In this document: positions 1 through 7,198 of the stretch, in pieces | Layout of the letters: each line of letters starts with the position of its first letter | Position numbering within the stretch: position 1 is the stretch's first letter | From: Planctomycetaceae bacterium | GTDB taxonomy: Bacteria > Planctomycetota > Planctomycetia > Pirellulales > UBA1268 | Direction: 5' to 3' | NCBI GenBank assembly: GCA_947440895.1 | Contig: CANETO010000001.1 | Coordinates: forward strand, 1-26,427 | DNA: 26,427 nucleotides | Made by a program: the position numbers and the translations under genes | Notes under the pieces: model-generated | What the model was told of the DNA's origin: nothing | Database searches by the model: none | The model's input: only the letters and a program-made list of their open reading frames with translations

Positions 1-2500
1 CACGCTCCGGCGTCGTGATCAGGTTCGGCTTGTAGCTTGGCACCGTCGAGGGTGCCACGTAGCCGACGGCCACCTTGACGCCATCGCGGCTTCCACCTGG
101 GGCAACGAACTCGAAGATCGTTGATGGATTGGCGACGCCGTCAACGATGTCACGGCCGCTGATCGCCTTGATTCTCGCCTCCCGGCCGGCCCCTGCCGAA
201 ACGATGATGTCGTCGTAGTTGTCGGCGTCAACGTCACCGACGGCCACGTTCACGCCGTTGGGGAACCTACCGGGCAACACATTCTTGAATTCGCGGACGA
301 GCGCACCCTTCGTGTCGAAGAGGCGAACGTTGGCGGCGCCGGCCGTTCTGGAACCCACTGCGATGTTCACCGTGCCTTGCGGGCCGAGTGCCCCGACCGC
401 CAGGCTCACGCCACCGACGCCGGCCTTGCCCGCGAAGGCACGGAAGGTAGCGGTGGGCTTGAGCGCGCCGTTCTCGTAGACCCTCACCCACGAAGCCTTT
501 GAACCGGTGCCGAAGGCCATCGTCTCCTTCGTGTATTTCGACCTGAAGTAGGCATTGATCTCCTCGGCAGTCCCGCCGAGGGGTGGCGCCTGATCAGGCT
601 CTGTGGACGTGCCGATTCCCGATGCGGTCGCCACGGGGCCTCGATAGTTCGGGAAGGCCTTGATCTCGCCGACCGTGTTGCCCTTGCCGTTGACGACAAC
701 AGTCGACTGAGCCGTCGTGCCCAGCGCCAGCCGCAGACCCTCGGTGTTGCCGTGCTGGAACACCGGCGACATCATCCCCTCGTCTTCATGCTCGAGGATG
801 TGGCAGTGGAATACATACTTGCCAGGGAAGTCGAGCGCCCGGAATCGAATGGTCACGCTGCCGAACGCCGGCACCATGATCACGTCGAGCGGTGAGACGT
901 AGTTGGCGGCATTGGCATTCGGGAATTTCTTATCGGGCTCGATCGGGAAGCCGTTGATCTTCGTGACGATGAACACACCCTGGTGGATGTGGAACGGATG
1001 ATTGAGCGGGCCGGCGTTGAGGATCGTCCACTCCTCGACCGTCCCGATCTCAAGTTGGGGCATAACGCCATAGCCAAACTTCTTGCCGTTCACATAGAAG
1101 TTGTCGATGTTGATGATCGGCGCGCCGGTGTCGGGATCAACACCATCAACGGTGGGCAACTGCTCCAGCGAGAACATGCGAACGACGTCCGGCGTCTCCT
1201 TCCAGAGCGGGTCTGCCTCCTGCGGGGCAAACACCGGCGCTGCGGTGGTGACGGCATCCCCTTCCACGACGAGGGTGGCCAACACGTAGTAATAGCCTAC
1301 GCCGTCCGTGTTGATCCGCGCCTCTTCGCCGCCCCATCCGTCCATGAAGTAGTAGGTGCCCGGGGTCGTGGGGGCGGTCACCGCCATCGTGATCCGGTTG
1401 CCCGGGCTGATCACGGTGAGCGCGGAGATGTCGTTCATCCGCAGTTCACTGGCCCCGAGTTCCACGGTGTAGGGGTGGACAAACGCGCTGGCCCCGTCCC
1501 TGGCGAGGATCGTGGCTGTCCAGGGGTTCTCTAGGTTGTCGTCGGCGATAACGAAGTTCGTGGCGCCGCGGGCCCCAAACTGGCCCATGCTCCAGACCTG
1601 CGTCTCACCGGGGCGGACGCGGATGATCGGATTCATCTGGCCGTTGATCCGCTTCTGCCAGCCGTCGGTGTAATCAGACCCGGCGTAATCGCTGCTATCC
1701 GTCCCGACCATATGTTGAAACTGGCCCTCTTCGGTGATTTTCACCTCTGAGATGGTCATGTTCACTTGGGTGAGCACGTCCTTGTACTGGGGCCACGGCT
1801 CAAGCGGGTTGCCGACCATGATCGCGCCGGCCAGGCCAGCCTCAACCTGCTTCTTCGACACATGGTGCTTGTGCGGGTGATACCAGTTGTAGCCCACGCT
1901 ATTTTCGTAGGTTGAGATCGGGATGTTGATGCCTACCGTTTCGCCTGGCTCGATTGAGGTGTAGACATTGTCCGCCTGGCTCAGGTCGGGCGCGTGCGAA
2001 CCGTGGTAGTGGAAATTGGAAGTAAAGACCGGATCGGAGGGATCGTTGTCCCCGGCAAGATCATTTAAGAGGTTCAGTTTGAGCGTGTCGCCGCTGTTGA
2101 TCTGCAGCATCGTGCCCGGAAAGCCGGCCGAGTACGATGTGCCGTAGGCGTCGAACTGATAGGCCTGGGCGTAGGAAATGGTTTCCTCTCCCGTTTCGCT
2201 GTCAACCACCTTGCTGCTGTAGACGTCCTGGTCGCCGTAGCGGATCGGATTGGAGTCGAAGCCCGCCGTGACCATCCTCACGTTGGCCTCGAGCACGCCG
2301 TTCTGGCTCTTGATCACGTCCATCGGCCGCAGATCTGCCTGCGTGTAGGCGTATTCAGTTGGGAAAATCACGTTTTCCGCCGCCATCACCGTCCGCTGCT
2401 CAAGCCGCTCCAGGTCGAACTGCTTCCGGGCCCGGATGGCCCCACGGACGGCATGCTTGCGGACGGGAAAAGCTGATCGAAACCAGGTGCGGCGAACCAT
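1..2500 (-). CDS. Multicopper oxidase (laccase/CueO-like, 3 cupredoxin domains) with planctomycete-extracellular (LEPR-XLL-like) N-terminus and C-terminal FG-GAP-like repeats; 3' end lies beyond the window
   Basis: ATG at 2498-2500 with AGAAAGGA (2508-2515) upstream; frame open to base 2 (833 codons, ending ...YKPNLITTPER). All four MCO Cu motifs are present: NFHYHGSH (~2000-2011), WYHPH (1871-1885), HPFHIHQG (~977-1000), HCHILEHEDEGMM (~770-808). N-terminus reads MVRRTWFRS...RARKQFDLERLEQRTVMAA. C-terminal repeats are GGVSLAVGALG, GVNVAVGDVDADNYDDIIVSAG and GVKVAVGYV. Confidence 0.93.
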   Translation of the reverse strand, partial: MVRRTWFRSAFPVRKHAVRGAIRARKQFDLERLEQRTVMAAENVIFPTEYAYTQADLRPMDVIKSQNGVLEANVRMVTAGFDSNPIRYGDQDVYSSKVVDSETGEETISYAQAYQFDAYGTSYSAGFPGTMLQINSGDTLKLNLLNDLAGDNDPSDPVFTSNFHYHGSHAPDLSQADNVYTSIEPGETVGINIPISTYENSVGYNWYHPHKHHVSKKQVEAGLAGAIMVGNPLEPWPQYKDVLTQVNMTISEVKITEEGQFQHMVGTDSSDYAGSDYTDGWQKRINGQMNPIIRVRPGETQVWSMGQFGARGATNFVIADDNLENPWTATILARDGASAFVHPYTVELGASELRMNDISALTVISPGNRITMAVTAPTTPGTYYFMDGWGGEEARINTDGVGYYYVLATLVVEGDAVTTAAPVFAPQEADPLWKETPDVVRMFSLEQLPTVDGVDPDTGAPIINIDNFYVNGKKFGYGVMPQLEIGTVEEWTILNAGPLNHPFHIHQGVFIVTKINGFPIEPDKKFPNANAANYVSPLDVIMVPAFGSVTIRFRALDFPGKYVFHCHILEHEDEGMMSPVFQHGNTEGLRLALGTTAQSTVVVNGKGNTVGEIKAFPNYRGPVATASGIGTSTEPDQAPPLGGTAEEINAYFRSKYTKETMAFGTGSKASWVRVYENGALKPTATFRAFAGKAGVGGVSLAVGALGPQGTVNIAVGSRTAGAANVRLFDTKGALVREFKNVLPGRFPNGVNVAVGDVDADNYDDIIVSAGAGREARIKAISGRDIVDGVANPSTIFEFVAPGGSRDGVKVAVGYVAPSTVPSYKPNLITTPER

Positions 2501-2560
2501 TGAAAAATCCTTTCTGCAACAGCATCAGAAAACGAGAACACTAGCTCTAACAATTAATAA

Positions 2561-2588
2561 AACATACACTCCGTTCCTGCCACAGCAA
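2561..2588 (-). promoter_or_regulatory. Putative sigma70-type promoter for the multicopper oxidase
   Basis: Minus strand TTGCTG (2583-2588)-N16-TATGTT (2561-2566) in an AT-rich intergenic stretch; same pattern as other promoters in the window. Confidence 0.4.
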
Positions 2589-2607
2589 GTTTTTTGCGCA
2601 CAATTTC

Positions 2608-2630
2608 AGGGGGTGCCGTAGGGACCCCCT
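2608..2630. other. GC-rich inverted repeat/hairpin in the divergent intergenic region
   Basis: AGGGGGT-GCCGTAGGG-ACCCCCT: 7-bp perfect outer stem, ending 23 nt before the ATG at 2654. Confidence 0.45.
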
Positions 2631-2653
2631 CTCACCTGTAAAAGCTGTTTCCA

Positions 2654-3478
2654 ATGGGATCGCATGCCCTCCACACGGTCGGCTATTCGGCCGTCGAACT
2701 GGCCCAAAGCCCTTATGCCCGGTTCTTCAGCCAGCAGATGCGGCCGCTGCCAGACCATGTGCAACAGGCCGTGCTCGTGGGGGGGGTCAGCGGGGAACTG
2801 ATGCCCGGGCTCGACGCCGCCGGCACCCTGCTCCATGCCGACGACTGGCTGGTGGAGACCGGCTACTCTATTTGTGACGACGGGGAAATTCGCGTTTCGG
2901 TCCTTACGCTGATGCCGGGAGTCACGCCCGCGATGTGGGACTGGTGGTTTGCCTGGCACGGCAGCGATTCCCTGCGCTACAAACTCTGGCACCCCCGGGC
3001 CCACGTCCATGCCGTTTGGGGCGACAACCGGTCTGACCTCACGCACTACGTCGGCCGCACTTCGCACATCGTGGAATACATCGGCTCCAGCAAGATCAGC
3101 GGTGCGATCAGCTTCATGCCTCCCGCCAGCATCGGCATCGACGAGTCGCGACTGGCCGCCTCAGGGGCGACGGCGATCTGCGCCCGCACGGGCCTGGAGT
3201 TTCCTCAGTTGGACGCCGGATGGCTGGTGCATTACGTGCGGCCCATGGCGGGCGGATCGGAAATGCGGTCACGATTCTGGATGGGGGGCGGCTTTATCTC
3301 GCCGCGGGGAATGGACACGACGATTGGCAAGGCGATCGGTCGCGGCATCGGCCAGATCGCCGGGCCGACGAGTGGCCAGGCCCGCGACCTCCTCGTGCAC
3401 TGCGCCCAGGAAATGAACCATCTCGCCGCCATTCTGCCCGACATCTACGCGGCGTTCGGCCCACAGGCTTCCCTCTAA
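2654..3478 (+). CDS. DAPG hydrolase PhlG / phloretin hydrolase family Zn-dependent C-C hydrolase
   Basis: 274 aa. Motifs PGVTPAMWDWWFAWHG, LRYKLWHPRAH, HIVEYIG, WLVH...RSRFW and HCAQEMNHL are typical of the PhlG family. Putative Zn ligands are H117, E141, H249, E253. Confidence 0.85.
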   Translation: MGSHALHTVGYSAVELAQSPYARFFSQQMRPLPDHVQQAVLVGGVSGELMPGLDAAGTLLHADDWLVETGYSICDDGEIRVSVLTLMPGVTPAMWDWWFAWHGSDSLRYKLWHPRAHVHAVWGDNRSDLTHYVGRTSHIVEYIGSSKISGAISFMPPASIGIDESRLAASGATAICARTGLEFPQLDAGWLVHYVRPMAGGSEMRSRFWMGGGFISPRGMDTTIGKAIGRGIGQIAGPTSGQARDLLVHCAQEMNHLAAILPDIYAAFGPQASL

Positions 3479-3488
3479 GGTCGACCAC

Positions 3489-4838
3489 ATGAGTCATGGC
3501 ATGAAATCCGCGAACGCCAAAGGCGTTACCCTGCATCGGAATGACCCGGGCTTCGATCAGGCCGTCTTGGCCACAAGTTTCAATAGTCGCGATCCTGGGC
3601 ACCGGCCGAATGTGCTGGTACAGGTGAACGACGTCTTCGACGTGATTGCGGCGGTGAAACGGGCGGCACGCGAACACCTGAAAGTCAGCATCTGCTCCGG
3701 CGGACACAGCTGGGCCCAGAATCACATCCGTGAAGGAGGCATGCTGATCGATGCCTCCCGGCTGCAGGGGATCGAGATCGATGCCGCCAACAAGCGGGCG
3801 ATCGTCGGGCCCGGCTGCGGAGGCTCTGTTCTGGTTGGTGTCCTGAAAAAACACGGCCTCTTTTTCCCGGCCGGGCACTGCAAGGGCGTCTGCCTCGGGG
3901 GCTATCTCCTGCAGGGCGGCTTCGGCTGGAACAGCCGCGCCCTGGGGATGGCCTGCGAGAGCGTGATCGGGCTCGATGTGGTGATGGCCGATGGATCGCT
4001 CGTGCATGCCAGCGAGGAGGAGAACGCCGACATCTACTGGGCGGCGCGGGGAGCCGGGCCGGGGTTCTTCGGCGTGGTCGTGCGGTTTCATCTGAAGCTC
4101 CACGATCGCCCGCGGTTCATCGGCAATGTCACCCAGGTCTACACGATGTCGCACCTGGAGGAGGTCTTCCGCTGGGCCGACGCTGTCGGCGCAGCGGTCC
4201 CGAACACGGTTGAGTTTCAATTGATCATGAGCCGCAAGGCGCTCGCCATTGGCGAGCCCGGGATCGAAGTGCATGCCACGGTGATGGCCGACTCGAGGAA
4301 AGCCGCCAAGGCAGACGTGGCCTTCCTCCTCGATTGCCCACTGCGTGCGAAGTCGGGCCTGGCGTCGCCACTCTTCCCGGCGCCGCTGAAGATCATGTAT
4401 GCCCTGGTAATGACGCACTATCCCGACGGGATGCGCTGGGGCGTCGACAATATGTGGACCAACGCATCGGTCGATCACCTGATGCCTGGCCTGCTGAAGG
4501 TCGCCGCCACGCTGCCCCCCGCGCCCAGCCACATGCTCTGGCTGAACTGGTCTCCGCCGCCGTCGCGACCGTCGATGGCCTACTCGCTGGAGGCGAAGAC
4601 CTATATCGCGCTCTACGGCGAGTGGAAGCACGAAGCCGATGACCCGCTCTATGCCGACTGGGCCGCGGACAGGGTGCGGGAATGGGATCCCTGGAGCGTC
4701 GGCATCCAACTGGCGGATGAAAATCTGGGCCAACGGCCCGCTCCTTTCGCGGCACAGCCCTCCATGACTCGCCTCGATCAGATTCGCTCGACACGCGATC
4801 CCGGCGGCCGCTTCCAGTCGTGGATGGGCCGATCATAG
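3489..4838 (+). CDS. FAD-binding oxidase, BBE/VAO (FAD_binding_4) family
   Basis: 449 aa. ICSGGHSW (covalent FAD His73), AGHCKGVCLGGYLLQGGFGW, DIYWAARGAGPGFFGVV and a C-terminal RLDQIRSTRDPGGRF (BBE-like DP motif). Starts 10 nt after the PhlG-like stop, so probably co-transcribed. Confidence 0.9.
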   Translation: MSHGMKSANAKGVTLHRNDPGFDQAVLATSFNSRDPGHRPNVLVQVNDVFDVIAAVKRAAREHLKVSICSGGHSWAQNHIREGGMLIDASRLQGIEIDAANKRAIVGPGCGGSVLVGVLKKHGLFFPAGHCKGVCLGGYLLQGGFGWNSRALGMACESVIGLDVVMADGSLVHASEEENADIYWAARGAGPGFFGVVVRFHLKLHDRPRFIGNVTQVYTMSHLEEVFRWADAVGAAVPNTVEFQLIMSRKALAIGEPGIEVHATVMADSRKAAKADVAFLLDCPLRAKSGLASPLFPAPLKIMYALVMTHYPDGMRWGVDNMWTNASVDHLMPGLLKVAATLPPAPSHMLWLNWSPPPSRPSMAYSLEAKTYIALYGEWKHEADDPLYADWAADRVREWDPWSVGIQLADENLGQRPAPFAAQPSMTRLDQIRSTRDPGGRFQSWMGRS

Positions 4839-5028
4839 AGCCCGGCCGTAACGACTGAACCGTGCGGGAATTCAGCGACGTCCGTTGGCGACTGCCGGGC
4901 GTTCTACTCATCAAATTGTTCACGATGTCAGCCACCCCGCGGTGCCGCCCGCAGCCGGCCCACGTGAAGGGACGAGCACACTGGGGGCGCGAGGCGGCCT
5001 ATTCCTTGGCGTCTTCGACGTTGGCGAC

Positions 5029-6066
5029 TCAGGCTCCGACGTAGCGGGCGACGATCGCGCGGGCCTTCGACTCCTCACGAGTGCCGGCCACGATTGCCCG
5101 GCCGTCGGCAAACACGGAGAGTTGAATCCCCGGCTCAACCTCGGCACGGACGAGCCATGGATTCGCCGTCACGGCCCCGAATGACCTGAGTCTGGACGCC
5201 AGTGCTGTCAGATCGACGGCGGCGTTGGACTGTGACGCGACCTGGACGGCATCGCGGCCGCAGATCGCCGCCGCCTGGGCACCCATCCTACCCTCCAGCC
5301 AGGGAAAGTCGCCGCCGCGACAGGTGGCACAGCCATGCTCGGCGAGCGACGAGAGATCGATCGACCGCCAGACACCTTCCCAGAGATCACACGCCAGCAG
5401 CCGACTGCCCAAACCATCGGTCGCGCCCACGAGCAGCTTGATCGCCTCGGCGGCTTCGATCGCTCCCACCACGACCGCAGTTGGCCCGATGATGCCGGCC
5501 GTGTCACAGGTCGGCATCACGCCGGGAGCCGGCGGATCGGGAATGAGGCACCGCAGGCAGGCGGTCTTTCCCGGCAGCACGGTCATGACGCGGCCCTCCG
5601 CGCCGATCGCGCCGCCATACACCCACGGGATGCCATGTCGGCAGGCATGTTCATTGACGATGAACCGCGCCTCGAAGTTGTCGGTGCCATCCACGATCAC
5701 GTCCACGCCGCCGAGGAGAGTCTCGGCATTTATGGGCGTGAGGTCGGCGACCACCGGATCGATCTGGGCGGCGGAGTTGATTCGGCGAAGATGAGCCGCT
5801 GCGGCCGCGGCCTTGGGAACGCCGGCGGCCACGTCGGCCTCATCGAAGAGCACCTGCCGCGGCAGGTTCGAGAGTTCGGGCACATCGCGGTCGATGATCC
5901 GCACGAAGCCCACGCCCGCCCGCACGAGTGTCATCGCCACCACGCTACCAAGCGCCCCGCAGCCGACGATGGCCACGCGGGCATCGGTAAGCCTCGCCTG
6001 CCCATCGGCACCGAGCGGCGTGAATCGTACCTGCCGGGAATAGCGGTCTGGATCGAAGGCTGTCAT
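5029..6066 (-). CDS. ThiF/MoeB family adenylyltransferase (long form with C-terminal extension)
   Basis: RYSRQ, IVGCGALG, IIDRD, SNLPRQ, DGTDN, ACLRC, CDTAG and CATC motifs. Start set at ATG 6066 (MTAFDPDRYSRQ, 345 aa); the ORF track start at 6105 overlaps the upstream gene. The MoeB versus ThiF role cannot be decided from sequence alone. Confidence 0.92.
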   Translation of the reverse strand: MTAFDPDRYSRQVRFTPLGADGQARLTDARVAIVGCGALGSVVAMTLVRAGVGFVRIIDRDVPELSNLPRQVLFDEADVAAGVPKAAAAAAHLRRINSAAQIDPVVADLTPINAETLLGGVDVIVDGTDNFEARFIVNEHACRHGIPWVYGGAIGAEGRVMTVLPGKTACLRCLIPDPPAPGVMPTCDTAGIIGPTAVVVGAIEAAEAIKLLVGATDGLGSRLLACDLWEGVWRSIDLSSLAEHGCATCRGGDFPWLEGRMGAQAAAICGRDAVQVASQSNAAVDLTALASRLRSFGAVTANPWLVRAEVEPGIQLSVFADGRAIVAGTREESKARAIVARYVGA

Positions 6067-6073
6067 CTGCGTG

Positions 6074-6082
6074 ATGCTACCA
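6074..6082 (-). promoter_or_regulatory. Putative extended -10 promoter (TGnTANNNT) for a leaderless moeB-like transcript
   Basis: Minus strand TG-G-TAGCAT followed by exactly 7 nt and then the ATG at 6066; no Shine-Dalgarno sequence and no good -35. Confidence 0.45.
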
Positions 6083-6101
6083 CGCCGTGGAGCCGCCGGG
6101 C

Positions 6102-7172
6102 TCACGACAGCACGCTTTCGAGATAGGCGGCGGACGCCACGCGGAGTTCGTGGAGGCGACGCTGGATGACGGTATCGAGCGGCTGGCTCAGTCGCTCGTC
6201 ATAGGCCGCCATCGACGACTCCCGTGTCATGAGGTGTCGCTCAGCCCCCACGCTCGTCGTCAGGTTCTGCACCTTGATCGAACGATCCGTCAGCATCTCA
6301 CAGACGAATGGGATGGCGTGCCGGAGCGCGAACACGCAGCCGTGAAAAAAGTTGGTCGCCACGGCCCGTGCTCCCGCCATGAAACGGACGAAATCATCCG
6401 GTCCGGCGGTCAACCAATTCTGGTCAGCCCAGCCGTTGCGGTAGCCGATGCTGATGATCGGCAGCCGATGCTTTCGTGCGCACTGCTGCACGGCGCGGGT
6501 AAACGGTTCGCTGAATCGGTAGCCGTACACGGCGACGTATGGCCCTCTCGGCAGATGGCGAACGGGAGCAGCATTGATCGGAAAGTGAAGGCAGGGATCG
6601 AGAACAATTGGCACGTCTCTTCCGATCGCCTCGCGTACGATGGTCCGCGAGTTCTCGTCCCGCACCGAAATGGCGTCAAACGAACGCAACTGTTTGGCCC
6701 TCACGGCATCGAGCCCTTCGGACGCAGCGTGGCCTCCGAAACTCGTCGCGTAGGCGGCAAGGGAGTCGGTACGCACGCCCTCGCCGTAGAAAATCGGGCA
6801 CGTTCCATACCAGGCATGCTTCGGCGACCAGACTTCATCGCTTCCCACCAGCACCAGGTCGTAGTGCTCCATGCCGGCGGGCCGTTCGAGGTTGAAAGGA
6901 CGCGATCGCGGCAGCCGGGAGATCGCGCGAAAGAATGCCCATTCCTTGCGGGCATACCGCAGATAGTCCAACGGCGGAATGAAGTCGGGCGAGACCGGCC
7001 ACAGCCCCCACGTCAATTCCCGCATGGCGACACGCCAGGAGCGATGATCGAGGATCACGGCATCGTGCCCCATGGCCCGCACGCCTTCCACCAGGCAACG
7101 GGCCTGCCAATAGGCACCGTAGTTGATGCAGCGGTGAAACGTCAGCACGCCGACTTTCTTACGATCGGGCAT
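6102..7172 (-). CDS. Polysaccharide pyruvyl transferase family protein
   Basis: KKVGVLTFHRCINYGAYWQA, VLVGSDEVWS, ISVRDENS, PIVLDPCL and VATNFFHGCVFAL motifs. Start set at ATG 7172 (MPDRKK, 356 aa); an alternative start is 7217. Confidence 0.88.
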   Translation of the reverse strand: MPDRKKVGVLTFHRCINYGAYWQARCLVEGVRAMGHDAVILDHRSWRVAMRELTWGLWPVSPDFIPPLDYLRYARKEWAFFRAISRLPRSRPFNLERPAGMEHYDLVLVGSDEVWSPKHAWYGTCPIFYGEGVRTDSLAAYATSFGGHAASEGLDAVRAKQLRSFDAISVRDENSRTIVREAIGRDVPIVLDPCLHFPINAAPVRHLPRGPYVAVYGYRFSEPFTRAVQQCARKHRLPIISIGYRNGWADQNWLTAGPDDFVRFMAGARAVATNFFHGCVFALRHAIPFVCEMLTDRSIKVQNLTTSVGAERHLMTRESSMAAYDERLSQPLDTVIQRRLHELRVASAAYLESVLS

Positions 7173-7198
7173 TGGCTTTGAGATCTCTCGGGGACGTA

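Noticed and set aside
2540-2600. Possible sigma54 promoter (TGGCA seen on the minus strand)
   Set aside because: No TTGC/GC at the required -12 spacing.
3294-4733. 479-aa minus-strand ORF
   Set aside because: Antisense to the well-supported FAD oxidase, with no recognisable motifs; a typical shadow ORF of GC-rich coding DNA.
4862-5044. 60-aa ORF in the gap between the FAD oxidase and the moeB-like gene
   Set aside because: No RBS, no recognisable features, and it overlaps the end of the moeB-like gene.
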